Assembly: GCA_963761305.1 (NCBI GenBank)
Contig: CAVXGK010000002.1
Coordinates: forward strand, 96,001-160,000
From: an uncultured Gemmatimonadaceae bacterium
GTDB lineage: Bacteria; Gemmatimonadota; Gemmatimonadetes; Gemmatimonadales; Gemmatimonadaceae
DNA: 64,000 nt
Reading direction: 5' to 3'
Positions 32,900-43,113 of the stretch are shown here, one piece after another. The notes under the pieces are model-generated. The model made no database searches. It had not been told where the DNA came from and saw only the letters and a program-made list of their open reading frames with translations. Position 1 is the first letter of the stretch. Every line of letters starts with the position of its first letter. Position numbers and translations under genes: made by a program.

Positions 32900-34519
32900 G
32901 TGACTCTTCTCTCGCTTTCCAATATCGGCGTCTCCTTCGGCGCGACCGAACTCTTCAAGAACGTTACCTTCACCGTCGCCGACGGCGAACGGTGGGGCAT
33001 CATCGGGCGCAACGGGGCCGGCAAGTCGTCGATCTTCAGACTCATCACCGGGGAACTCCAACCGACGGTGGGGAGCGTTGCGCGTAAGCCGGGACTCCGG
33101 CACGCCCTGCTCGACCAGCACCGCGCATTCGAAGGCGCGACGACGGTCTGGGAAGCGGGTGCGGCTGCATGGCGCGACGTGATCGCTCTCGAGAAACGCA
33201 TCGCCGAACAGGCAATCGAGTTGGGTGAGCTGGGGGAACGCGTCAGTGACGCGTTCCTCGAAAAGTTCGGGCACGACCAAGAGCGCTTCGCCGACCTCGG
33301 CGGCTACGTCTACCACGCTCGAGTCGACGCGGTGCTCCAGGGATTGGGCTTCGACGCTGAGGAATCCAAGACACGTCTCGTGTCGACACTCTCGGGCGGA
33401 GAGCGCGGACGCGTCGGGCTTGCGGCACAGCTCATTGCGCCCGCCGACCTGCTGCTCCTCGACGAGCCCACAAACCACCTCGACCTCGACACCACGACCT
33501 GGCTTCAGGAATGGCTCCACGATGCTGACGAAACGGTCATCGTCGTGTCGCACGATCGTGCGTTCATGGACGCCATCTGTACGCACATCCTGCACGTCGA
33601 GGCGCGCACGAGCGAGTGGTACAAGGGCAACTACAGCCAGTTCGTGCCGCAGCGCGCCGAGCGACGCCTCTCACGCGAGCGCGAACTCGAGAAGCAGCGC
33701 GCGTACGTGAAGAAGGAAGAGGAGTACATCCGGCGGAACATCGCGGGCGTCAACTCGTTTCAGGCGAAGGGCAAGCGCAAGCGGCTAGAGCGCCTGCCGC
33801 GGCTCGCGCCTCCGCCGGGCGATCCGGCGGCGATGGACCTCAAGTTCGAAGTCGCCGAGCGCGGCGGCGACCAGGTGCTCGCCGTCAAAGACCTGCAAGT
33901 GGACGTGCCCGGCCGCGTCCTCGTCGAAGATTTCACGGCCGTGTTGCGACGGAACGACTTCGTCGCCCTCATCGGACCCAACGGCGCAGGCAAGTCATCG
34001 TTCATCTCCACAATCATCGGCGATCGCGAACCGGCGAGGGGCGAGGCGAGAATCGGCGGATCGATCACACCCGCGTGGTTTCGGCAGGATCTCGCTGACC
34101 TTCCACTCCGAAAGTCGTTGTTCGATGCGATCCAGGATCAGCGTCCGCTGTGGACGCGAGGCCAGGTGCAGAATTGTCTCGGCGCGTTCGGCTTCAGCGG
34201 CGATGAAGTGCAGCGCGAGATCGGCACGCTCAGCGGCGGCGAGCGGGCGCGCGTTGCGCTCGCGCTCATGACCCTCGCGCACGCCAATCTCCTCATCCTC
34301 GACGAGCCGACTAACCATCTCGACGTCGAGAACATCGAGGCGCTCGAAGACGCGCTCGAGGACTACGAAGGCTCGGTGCTACTCGTGAGTCACGACCGCG
34401 CCTTCCTGCGCGAGGTTGCGACGCGCGTCTGGTCGTTCGACGGCACACACCTCAAGGACTTCGACGGTCCATTCGTCGAGTGGGAGGAGAACCGCGCGCG
34501 GAGCGTGGCAAGGTCTTAG
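32900..34519 (+). CDS. ABC-F family ATP-binding protein
   Basis: Two ABC domains (GRNGAGKS, GPNGAGKS; LSGGE x2; DEPTNHLD x2), no TM; GTG start 32900. Confidence 0.95.
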   Translation: MTLLSLSNIGVSFGATELFKNVTFTVADGERWGIIGRNGAGKSSIFRLITGELQPTVGSVARKPGLRHALLDQHRAFEGATTVWEAGAAAWRDVIALEKRIAEQAIELGELGERVSDAFLEKFGHDQERFADLGGYVYHARVDAVLQGLGFDAEESKTRLVSTLSGGERGRVGLAAQLIAPADLLLLDEPTNHLDLDTTTWLQEWLHDADETVIVVSHDRAFMDAICTHILHVEARTSEWYKGNYSQFVPQRAERRLSRERELEKQRAYVKKEEEYIRRNIAGVNSFQAKGKRKRLERLPRLAPPPGDPAAMDLKFEVAERGGDQVLAVKDLQVDVPGRVLVEDFTAVLRRNDFVALIGPNGAGKSSFISTIIGDREPARGEARIGGSITPAWFRQDLADLPLRKSLFDAIQDQRPLWTRGQVQNCLGAFGFSGDEVQREIGTLSGGERARVALALMTLAHANLLILDEPTNHLDVENIEALEDALEDYEGSVLLVSHDRAFLREVATRVWSFDGTHLKDFDGPFVEWEENRARSVARS

Positions 34520-34542
34520 GAGGATGCTGAAAAGACAGGCGG

Positions 34543-34691
34543 AGAAGAAACAAAAGAGGGACGCGGAGCCGCGGAGGAACGCAGAGCCGCGGAGAAATGC
34601 GATTAAAGCTTCCGTGACGGGGTTGTCCGCTGGCCTTTTCCCGCGTCTCTCCGTTTTCCTCTGCGCCTGCGCGTCCCGCTTTGTTTTGTTC
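34543..34691. repeat. REP-like inverted repeat doublet built from (A/C)CGC(G/A)GAG units
   Basis: Left arm gggacgcggagccgcggaggaacgcagagccgcggagaaa; reverse complement of right arm gggacgcgcaggcgcagaggaaaacggagagacgcgggaaaa; lies between convergent genes. Confidence 0.8.
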
Positions 34692-34726
34692 TGCAATCTG
34701 CTGGTCCGCCGAGCGGATGGCCCGGC

Positions 34727-35743
34727 CTATCGCCAGCCCAGGGCAGGCGCGACGTGCGTGAGAATTGATTCAATCACGTGCGCATTGTATTCGACGCCGA
34801 GCGTGTTGGGCACGGTCAGAAGCAGCGTGTCCGCTTCGGCGATGGCCTCATCCCCTTTCAGTTGTTCGACCAACACGTCTGGCTCAGCGGCGTATGTGCG
34901 ACCGAACACGGCTCGCATATTGTCGATGACGCCGACGTGATCTCCGCTTTCATCATGGCCGAAGTAGAGACGGTCGCGATCGTTCATCAACGCGAAGATG
35001 GACCGAGAGACCGACACGCGCGGCTCGCGTTTATGCCCGGCGTCCGTCCACGCTTGCCGGAAGAGGCGAAGCTGGCGAGCCTGCTGGACGTGAAACGGCT
35101 CGCCCGACTCGTCTGCCTTGAGGGTGGAGCTTTGCAAGTTCATTCCCTGCTGCGCGGCCCAAATCGCCGTCGCATTCGAAGCTGAGCCCCACCAGATACG
35201 CTCGCGCAGTCCCTCTGAATGCGGCTCGAGCCGAAGCAACCCGGGCGGATTGGGAAACATTGGCCTTGGATTAGGCTTCGCGAACCCGTCCCCTTTCAGG
35301 AGCTGGAGAAAAACCTCGGCATGACGCCGGCCCAGGTCGGCGTCGGTTCCGCCTTCCGGCGGCGCATAGCCGAAATGGCGCCAACCTTCGATGACCTGCT
35401 CCGGCGAGCCGCGGCTGATGCCGAGCTGGAGCCGACTGTTGCTGATCAGGTCGGCCGCGCCGGCGTCCTCGACCATGTAGAACGGATTTTCGTACCGCAT
35501 GTCGATTACAGCCGTTCCGATCTCGATGCCACTGGTCCTGGCACCGACGGCCGCGAGAAGCGGAAAGGGGGACGCGAGCTGCTGGGCAAAGTGGTGCACG
35601 CGAAAGTATGCCCCGTCCGCGCCGAGTGCCTCGGCCGCCACGGCCAGCTCGATGGACTGCTGCAGGACATCGCGCGCGGACCGCGCGGCCGACTGGCGCG
35701 AGGCGCTCCAATGACCAAAGGACAGGAAGCCGATCTTTTTCAT
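34727..35743 (-). CDS. LLM class flavin-dependent oxidoreductase
   Basis: IGFLSFGHW, AYFRVHHFA, IEIGTAVIDMRYENP, RLQLGISRG. Confidence 0.9.
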   Translation of the reverse strand: MKKIGFLSFGHWSASRQSAARSARDVLQQSIELAVAAEALGADGAYFRVHHFAQQLASPFPLLAAVGARTSGIEIGTAVIDMRYENPFYMVEDAGAADLISNSRLQLGISRGSPEQVIEGWRHFGYAPPEGGTDADLGRRHAEVFLQLLKGDGFAKPNPRPMFPNPPGLLRLEPHSEGLRERIWWGSASNATAIWAAQQGMNLQSSTLKADESGEPFHVQQARQLRLFRQAWTDAGHKREPRVSVSRSIFALMNDRDRLYFGHDESGDHVGVIDNMRAVFGRTYAAEPDVLVEQLKGDEAIAEADTLLLTVPNTLGVEYNAHVIESILTHVAPALGWR

Positions 35744-35830
35744 GGTTCGAAAATTTACACGCCGTCGGAATCGAGAATTCCGACGGCGTTGATCGCGGCG
35801 TCAATCGACGCCGCGTTGCTCCGGCATCCG

Positions 35831-36805
35831 TCAGCTTTTGTGCGGCGGTCCGACGTAGGGAAACTCGGGGAGCAGGTCGCCGTGGGCTCGCGTGTTGTCC
35901 GTCTTTACTTTGCCGTTCGAGAAGAGAGGCATGAAGTACTCGACGACGCTGTCCGTGAGCAGCCGCCCGTTCGTCGGGTAGACCGCGGGGCGTGTGGGAT
36001 CGTATGGCAGAACGTCCGGCAGCATCGTCTCGGCCACGCGGCGCGCTTCGTCGTTCGTATATCCGCCGCTATGCTCGAGCGAGTGCGCGAAGGTCTTGAT
36101 GAAGCGGCTGTCGTTCACCGGTTCTCCGGCGAGGTACGCATCTCGATCGTCGCCGGGAAGGAAGGGCGTTTGCTGCGCTCGCGCTCCGCGGTCGGCTTGG
36201 ACCCATTTCCCGGTTCGGCCGTCCACCGTGCGCGCCCACAGACGAACCGCCTTCGATCCCAGCTCGGAATTGGGCAGCTCCAAGACGATGCTGCAGACGT
36301 CCTTGTCGGCGAAATAGTCGTTGCCGGTGAACTGCAGATTGTTGAGCGCGCCATCGACGTCGAAGAAAAACGGATCGCTGCGCCACCCCGCAAAGAACCG
36401 GCAGTTGCCGGCCTTCGTGATCTGCGCCTCTCGGCCTATCGATACCGGCGCGTTCTCGACGATGACCGTTCCGTCATCGCCGATGCCCGCGGCGGCGGCG
36501 CCGTCGGCCCTGCGCCACGTGGCGGTCTGTTTGCCGTCCTTTACTGGCGAGAACCGGAAACGATACGCGACATCCGCGACGGCGTCGCCATTCGTGTCGA
36601 TCTTGATCTCGTACACGGCGTCGGGAGAGAAGGGGTCGGTCGTCGTCGGACCGGGCGGCTTCACATTGACCGAGGGGTGCACGTCCATGATCAGAACCGA
36701 TGCGTTCTTGTCTCCGGGTTTCGGGAACGCGTACAAATCGGTGAAGTCCAGGCGGGCGTCGTCGTGCGGCGAGGCAAACTCAGGGCCGGAATAGTGATGT
36801 GACAT
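35831..36805 (-). CDS. DUF4331 family protein
   Basis: True start MSHH at 36805; DFTDLYAF, YEIKIDTNGD, FAGWRSDPFFFD, NGRLLTD, FPYVGPPH. Confidence 0.85.
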   Translation of the reverse strand: MSHHYSGPEFASPHDDARLDFTDLYAFPKPGDKNASVLIMDVHPSVNVKPPGPTTTDPFSPDAVYEIKIDTNGDAVADVAYRFRFSPVKDGKQTATWRRADGAAAAGIGDDGTVIVENAPVSIGREAQITKAGNCRFFAGWRSDPFFFDVDGALNNLQFTGNDYFADKDVCSIVLELPNSELGSKAVRLWARTVDGRTGKWVQADRGARAQQTPFLPGDDRDAYLAGEPVNDSRFIKTFAHSLEHSGGYTNDEARRVAETMLPDVLPYDPTRPAVYPTNGRLLTDSVVEYFMPLFSNGKVKTDNTRAHGDLLPEFPYVGPPHKS

Positions 36806-36873
36806 GGCGAGGAAGGTGCCGAGAACCAACCACGGCACAATTGGCCCAAAGACCCACTCCGGTGCGTCACTGA

Positions 36874-38097
36874 TCAGCTGGTATAGCGGCGACTCGCCCA
36901 CCAACCGAGCGCCGCGGCGACAAAGGCCATGACACCACCGAGGATCATCGGCGCGCGTCCGCCGAACGTGTCGGCCACCCAGCCGAGGACCGGACCGCCG
37001 ACCGCCAACGGTCCGCCGATGAGCACCGTCTGCAAGGCGAGCACTCGGCCGTGCATTTCCCGTTTTGCTTCGATCTGGGCGATCGCCGTCGTCGCGGTCA
37101 TGTAGACGATGCCCGCCATGCCGGTGAAAAAGACGATCGGCACGGCGACCGGCGCTGACGACACAGGTGCGAGCATCAGCATCGTCGTGCCGAGCAGCAC
37201 CGCGCCCAGGATGATGTGGCGCATACGGGTGAACCCACGGTGCGCGATGAACAGCGAGCCGACGACGGCGCCACTGCCCATTGTCGAATACAACAGGGTG
37301 TAGGTTCGCTCCGTGCCGTGCAGCACCTGCGTCACGAACAGCGGGAGCGTGACGTTGAAGTTGTACGAGAGCGTGCCGAGGATCGCGAGCATCATGAAGC
37401 TGATCCAAAGCAACGGCGTGTCGAATATGTAGCGCAGCCCGGCGCGCACGGCGCCCTTGCGCTCGGCCACCGTGCCGGAGCGATGGAGCTCGCTTTCGCG
37501 CATGAGAAACAGGCAGACGAGCACCGCGATATATGACGCGGCGTCGAGCGTGAAGCACCAGCCGTAGCCGACGCTCACGATCAACAGACCCGCGAGCGCC
37601 GGTCCGAAGATGCGCGACCCGTTGACGATCGTGCTGTAGAGGACGATCGCATTTGGTAGATCCTCGGGCGCGACCATCTCGGTCACGAGCGATCGGCGCA
37701 GTGGATTGTCGAACGCGAGGAAGATGCCGCCGGCCAGCGCGATCGCGTACAGGGCGACCAGCGGGGGCGAGGGCAGAAACGCGAGAATCGCCAGACTTAT
37801 AGACTGCGCCATTTCGAGCGTCTGCGTGACGATCAACGAACGTCGCTTGCTGAAGCGATCGGCGATCGCGCCCGCGTAGGGAGACAGAAAGACCAGGGGG
37901 CCGTACTGAAACGCGGCGAGCACGCCGATGCGAAGTCCGCTGCCGGTGATCTTCAGGACGAGCAGCGTGATCGCCACGTTCGTCAGCCAATTGCCGGTGT
38001 TCGACACCATCTGGCCGATGAAGTACAGACGAAAGTTGCGGTGACGAAGCGAGGAGAACGTGCGGCCGAGCATGCTCGGTGTCGTCGCCGGCGGCAT
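36874..38097 (-). CDS. MFS transporter
   Basis: SLRHRNFRLYF, GAIADRFSKRR; about 12 TM; start overlaps MarR stop. Confidence 0.9.
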   Translation of the reverse strand: MPPATTPSMLGRTFSSLRHRNFRLYFIGQMVSNTGNWLTNVAITLLVLKITGSGLRIGVLAAFQYGPLVFLSPYAGAIADRFSKRRSLIVTQTLEMAQSISLAILAFLPSPPLVALYAIALAGGIFLAFDNPLRRSLVTEMVAPEDLPNAIVLYSTIVNGSRIFGPALAGLLIVSVGYGWCFTLDAASYIAVLVCLFLMRESELHRSGTVAERKGAVRAGLRYIFDTPLLWISFMMLAILGTLSYNFNVTLPLFVTQVLHGTERTYTLLYSTMGSGAVVGSLFIAHRGFTRMRHIILGAVLLGTTMLMLAPVSSAPVAVPIVFFTGMAGIVYMTATTAIAQIEAKREMHGRVLALQTVLIGGPLAVGGPVLGWVADTFGGRAPMILGGVMAFVAAALGWWASRRYTS

Positions 38098-38552
38098 CAA
38101 TCGGCCTCGACGCCCGCCGACGCCAGCCGCTCGAGGAGCTCGATGGCCTTGACGAGCGCCACCTGTTCCTTCGCCGGCACCTGTGAGGCGATTGCGCGCA
38201 TCAGCCACGCATTGCGAGACGCGGCCACCGCGCCGAACAGCGTGAGGCCGCGCTTGGTGATGCTGATGAGCGACTTGCGGCCGTCGTTGGGATCATGCGC
38301 CGTCTTGACCAACCCGGCGTGGCGGAGCGCGGCCACCTGTTGCGCGATCGCTTGCTGGCTGACATGCTCGGCGACCGCCAGCGTCGCGGCGGTCGTCTGC
38401 CCGTCGTCGCGCAACCGTTTGAGGATGGCGAGCTGCGAGGTGGGCAGCGACTGGACGGGGGAGGGCCACGTCTCCCGAAGGCGCGCGCGCAGGTGCTTGA
38501 CCGCGAGCACGAGCCGGATCGCCAGCTCTTCCCGCGACTTGGCTGATGGCAT
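38097..38552 (-). CDS. MarR family transcriptional regulator
   Basis: Winged HTH, GLV...DPNDGRKSLISITKRG. Confidence 0.9.
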   Translation of the reverse strand: MPSAKSREELAIRLVLAVKHLRARLRETWPSPVQSLPTSQLAILKRLRDDGQTTAATLAVAEHVSQQAIAQQVAALRHAGLVKTAHDPNDGRKSLISITKRGLTLFGAVAASRNAWLMRAIASQVPAKEQVALVKAIELLERLASAGVEAD

Positions 38553-38626
38553 GCCGAACAGTCAACTACACAAGGAAATTGCACAAGTGGCTTGCGTATA
38601 TTGCCGGAGCGCCTTAGCTCTCCGGC

Positions 38627-39160
38627 ATGCCAAACGACCCGCAGCGAACCGCCCTGCTCGTCATGGACGTGCAGCCCGGCATCATCGACCGAATCGAGGA
38701 CAAGGACGATTATCTCACGCGCGCACGGTCGGCAGTCGATCATGCACATGCGCAGGGGATACACGTCGTGTACGTCGTGGTCGCATTCCGCCCGGGCGCA
38801 CCGGAAGCCAGCGAACGCTTCCGCGCCTACGCGGCGGCTCTGGTCGACGCGCAGCCGGTAATGACGTCGGCCGATGGCGACGTCGTGGTGGCGAAGAAGC
38901 GCGTCAGCGCGTTCGCCGGCAGCGATCTCGAGGTGCTGCTGCGCACGAACGACATCCGCCACCTGGTGCTCTGTGGCATCGCGACGAGCGGTGTCGTGTT
39001 GTCGACGCTCCGCGAGGCGTCCGACAAGGACTACACCTTGACCGTCCTATCGGACGTGTGCGCGGATCTCGACGCCGAGGTGCATCGCGTACTGCTCGAG
39101 AAGGTCTTCCCGAAGCAAGCGACGGTCGTCACGGCGGCGGAGTGGATCGCGTCGGGGTGA
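38627..39160 (+). CDS. Isochorismatase family hydrolase
   Basis: TALLVMDVQ, KKRVSAFAGSDL, GIATSGVVLST. Confidence 0.9.
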   Translation: MPNDPQRTALLVMDVQPGIIDRIEDKDDYLTRARSAVDHAHAQGIHVVYVVVAFRPGAPEASERFRAYAAALVDAQPVMTSADGDVVVAKKRVSAFAGSDLEVLLRTNDIRHLVLCGIATSGVVLSTLREASDKDYTLTVLSDVCADLDAEVHRVLLEKVFPKQATVVTAAEWIASG

Positions 39161-39185
39161 TCTTCCTGGAAAGGAGCGCCTGATC

Positions 39186-39515
39186 ATGGATTGGCTTCAC
39201 GTCGTGTCCTACCTGTTCGGCGGCGCATTTCTGGCGAACGCCGTTCCGCATTTCGTCAGCGGCATGATGGGGCAGCCCTTTCAGACTCCGTTCGCCAAGC
39301 CGCCGGGCGAAGGTCTTTCATCGTCGACCGTGAACGTGCTGTGGGGGTTTGCGAATTTCGTCATTGCCTACCTCCTGATCGCCCGCGTGGGACATTTCGA
39401 TCTGCACGCGACGGATCATGTCATCGCCGTGGGCGTGGGCGTTCTGCTCATGGGTGTGATGGCCGCGCGTTCGTTCGGGCGGTTTCACGGCGGCAATTCG
39501 CCGTCAGGCTCGTGA
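39186..39515 (+). CDS. Small membrane protein
   Basis: AGGAG RBS; three hydrophobic segments; NAVPH and FQTPFAKPPG motifs. Confidence 0.7.
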   Translation: MDWLHVVSYLFGGAFLANAVPHFVSGMMGQPFQTPFAKPPGEGLSSSTVNVLWGFANFVIAYLLIARVGHFDLHATDHVIAVGVGVLLMGVMAARSFGRFHGGNSPSGS

Positions 39516-39537
39516 CGCCCTGGCCAAGGAGCGCCCC

Positions 39538-39882
39538 TCAGGAGAGCGCTGGCGCGGCGCGCATTGCTCGCGTCATCGCCTGAGAGAACCGCGCCCACGC
39601 CACGGCTTCTTTGCGCAAGTGTGCGCGGCCAGCGGTAGTCAGGGTGTAATAGCGCGCGCGGCGATTGTTGTCGGACAGTCCCCAGTCCGACGTGATGAAT
39701 CCTTTGTCTTCGAGCCGGCGCAGGGCGGGGTAGAGCGAGCCTTCCTCGACGCGCAGCGCGTCGTCGGTCGTCTGCTCGATCCAGCGCGCGATGCCATAGC
39801 CGTGCGTGGAATCGGCGAACAGCGCTTTGAGAATGAGAATCTGCAGCGTGCCTTGCAGCAGATCGGTCGACGCGAGCGGCAT
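39538..39882 (-). CDS. PadR family regulator (acidobacterial type)
   Basis: LLQGTL, HGYGIA, VEEGSLYPALRRL, NNRRARYYTLT. Confidence 0.93.
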   Translation of the reverse strand: MPLASTDLLQGTLQILILKALFADSTHGYGIARWIEQTTDDALRVEEGSLYPALRRLEDKGFITSDWGLSDNNRRARYYTLTTAGRAHLRKEAVAWARFSQAMTRAMRAAPALS

Positions 39883-39910
39883 TCTTTTGTCCTGTCGATT
39901 GATTGTCTCT

Positions 39911-42579
39911 TTACTCGGCGCGCAGCACGATTGCCGGGTCGGTGCGCTGCGCGCGCACGGCAGGTACGTACGCCGCGATCATGGCGACGACGAGCAGCAG
40001 CGAACCGGATGCGGCAAGCGTGAGGAGATCCGTTGGCCTGATGCCGAACAGCAGCGCCTGCAGCCCGCGCGTCACGGCAAGCGATGCGAGTACCCCGATG
40101 AGGAGTCCCGTGCACGCGATCGCGAAGGCGTGGCTCATCACGGCTAGGCCGAGGCGGCTTGGCGTGGCGCCAAGCGCCAGGCGGAGACTCAATTCGCGGC
40201 TGCGTTGACGCACGGTCGTCGCCATGACGCCGAACAGACCAACCGCCGCGAGCAGCACCGCCGCGCCGGCGAAGAGGCCGAGCAGGAGGGCGTTCATTCG
40301 CGGCTGCGCCAACGCGTCGCCGACGTACGTCTCGAACGGGACCGCACTCGCGACGGCGACGCCTGGCGCATCCTCTCCGACGATTCGCCGCAAAATCGGC
40401 GCGAGGGCGGAGGGTGCTCCTGTCGTGGAGATGACCAGCGTTGTTGGCGCGAACGGGAACGGTGACTGACGAAGCGGCAGATAGACGCGGGGCCGCGGAT
40501 TGCGCAGGTCGCGATAGTGCGTGTCACCGACGACGCCCACGACGGTGATCAAATCGTGGAGTCCGCGCGCGAGACGCTTGCCGATCGGATCGGCGCCGGG
40601 CCAGTACTGGCGCGCCATCGATTCGCTCACGATGGCAACCGGCGGCGTTCCTTGGCGATCGTCGTCGGTGAAGCCGCGGCCTCGCACGATCGGTATGCCG
40701 AGTGTGGCGAACGCGTTCGGTGTGGCCAGCTCGTAGTCGACCACCGGGTTGCGCGCTTCCTCGACAGCTGTTTGTCCCTCCGCGGCGATTCTCCCGAAGA
40801 CGCCGCCCACTGGTGCGAAGGGCGGCGTGTACACCGGCGCGACGGCGCGTACTCCCGAGACGGACGAAAGGCGCGCCGAGAGCTGGCTCACGAGCTCGCG
40901 CTGGGCGTCGGCGTCGCCCACGTAGCGCTTCGGCAGTGCCAGCTCCAGTACGAGGAGGCGCGCCGGATCGAGCGCCATCGGCACGCGGCCAAGTGATTCG
41001 AGACTTCGCGCGACGAGTCCGGCAACGCAGAGAACGAGCACGGCGATGCCCATTTGCGCGACGACGAGCGATTGCGCGCCTCGGCGGAATCGTCGGCTGC
41101 CGCCGCTCTGCTGAGACCCGGAGCGCAAAGCCTCCTGCACGTCCACGCGCGACGCCGTAACGCTCGGCACCACCGCGAAGAGAAGCATCGAGAGCGTCGT
41201 GACGACGATCGCCGCCGCGATGGTCGCGGCGCCGACGTGTATCTCGGCCAGTCGTGGCGTGTCCGCGGGCGCGAGCGCGACGAAGCCCTTGACCGCCGCC
41301 ACGGCGAGTCCGGCCCCGACGATGCCGCCCGCCGCGGCGAGCAACATGCTTTCGCTCAACAGCTGACCGACGAGCCGTGCGCGGCCGGCGCCAAGCGCCG
41401 CGCGCACGGCGAGCTCGCGCACGCGACCGAGTCCGCGCACGAGCAGCAGGTTCGCGACGTTGATGCACGTGATGAGCAGCAGCAAGGCGGCCGCGGCGCC
41501 GAAGGCAATCACCGCAGGTCCGACGTTGCCGACGATTTCGTGCGTGAGTGAACCACATGCCCTTGGATTCGCCACGTCGGGACCGTCGCGGCGAAGAAAC
41601 GTGTGAGCTCAGTTCGCGCACTGGCCACGGACGCTCCGCGGCGCAGCCGGCCAAGCGCATTCAGCTCGGCGTAGATGGGTTGATCGCCAAGGGAACCCGA
41701 GTTCGGCACGACAGGTGTCCAGAAGTCCACGCCTTGCGGATAATCCAGTGCGCGCGGCATGACACCGACGACGGTGTATGCGGTGCCGTTGTAGTGCAGA
41801 ATCATCCGGCGTCCGATCACCGCCGAGTCGCCGCCGAAGAAACGCCGCCACGCGGCGAAGCTCAGCACCGCCACCGGTGCGGCGCCGCGGACGTCGTCCT
41901 CGTGGCGGAGGGCGCGTCCGAGCAGCGGCGCGGTGCCGAGGAAATCGAAATAGTTGCCCGAGACGAGCGAGCGACGAAGCTGTACGACGCCGACGTCGAG
42001 GTCGATGGGCACCCGCTGGGCGCCGCCGTACGCGAAGAACGCGACGTCGTCGAGCGTCTGCGTGCGTCGCGCATATTCCAGCGCGTCGCGGTACAAGAAC
42101 GGGAAATGATCCGTCGTGCCATCCGCCGCCGCGCCCCACAGGACGACGACACGGTCGGGTGCACGCACGGGCAACGGACGGATGAGCAGTGCGTCGGCGA
42201 TCGTATAGACGGCGGTGGCGAGTCCGATGCCGATGGCGAGCGTCAGCGCGACGCTCGTCGTCCAGCCGGGCGCGCGGAGCAGGCCTCGCGTGGCGAGGCG
42301 GAGGTTGTGCCGGAGAGTCTCCACCCGTTCGCGCCAGCCCATCCGCCGAAGCTGGCGGCGATCGTGCGTGCGCAGTAGTTGTGCGACCCGCTCGACATCG
42401 CCGAAGCGTTCACGCGCCAGCTGCACGGCGTCGGCGCGCGCGAAGCCTTGCCGCTCGTAATCGGCGATGCGCTCGCCGAGATGAAATCGAAGCTCGTCCT
42501 CGACGTCGGCGTCGGCGTTCACGCCAAAGAAACGAAGGTAGCGGCGCCATGCACCACGAGGGGTATTCAATGTAGTCAC
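39911..42579 (-). pseudogene. ADOP/MacB-like duplicated ABC permease, one frameshift near 41550
   Basis: ORFs 41509..42579 and 39911..41575 are consecutive halves (ELRFHL prefix, TLAIGIG, CINVANLLL, RELAVRAALGA, C-terminal LRAE). Confidence 0.8.
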
Positions 42580-42730
42580 GAGCCGCTCCCGGCTCCCTGT
42601 CGCGTCTATGGGAGATGCTAGTGTCGCGGCGCGTCAGATTCAAGGGTCGGAATGGCGTGGGGGATCTGCTGGCTCGGAGTGTGCCAGGGACTGCCACGCC
42701 CTTGTCGGACATACGTCGCCGACCTACTCT

Positions 42731-42751
42731 TACCATAGGCAGACTATGGTA
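42731..42751. promoter_or_regulatory. Putative PadR operator palindrome
   Basis: Perfect TACCATAG-N5-CTATGGTA ending 8 bp before padR start. Confidence 0.6.
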
Positions 42752-42759
42752 GGCGCCTC

Positions 42760-43101
42760 GTGGGAAGCGACGACCTCCGGCGCGAGATACCGCCCGGCAC
42801 GCTGTACATGCTGATCCTCAAGACGCTCAAGCGTTGCGGGCCCCTTCACGGGTTCGGCATCGCGCAGTTCATCGCGCAGACAACCGGCAGCGTGCTCCAA
42901 GTCGAGGAGGGGACGCTCTATCCAGCGCTACAGCGAATGCTGGTGAAAGGCTGGGTAAAAGCCGACTGGCGGCAGACCGAGAACAACCGACGGGCGCGGT
43001 ACTACACGCTGACGCCGGCAGGCAGAAAGCAGCTCCAGGCCGAAGTGGCGGATTTCGAAGCTGTAGTGCGTGCGATCGGTCGCGTCATTCAGCCAGCGTA
43101 G
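42760..43101 (+). CDS. PadR family regulator (acidobacterial type)
   Basis: GTLYMLIL, HGFGIA, VEEGTLYPALQR, NNRRARYYTLT. Confidence 0.92.
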   Translation: MGSDDLRREIPPGTLYMLILKTLKRCGPLHGFGIAQFIAQTTGSVLQVEEGTLYPALQRMLVKGWVKADWRQTENNRRARYYTLTPAGRKQLQAEVADFEAVVRAIGRVIQPA

Positions 43102-43113
43102 CGGAGACGCACA

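Noticed and set aside
41509..41575. Programmed ribosomal frameshift in the ADOP gene
   Set aside because: No slippery heptamer seen; a neighbouring paralog is also decayed, so mutation or error is simpler
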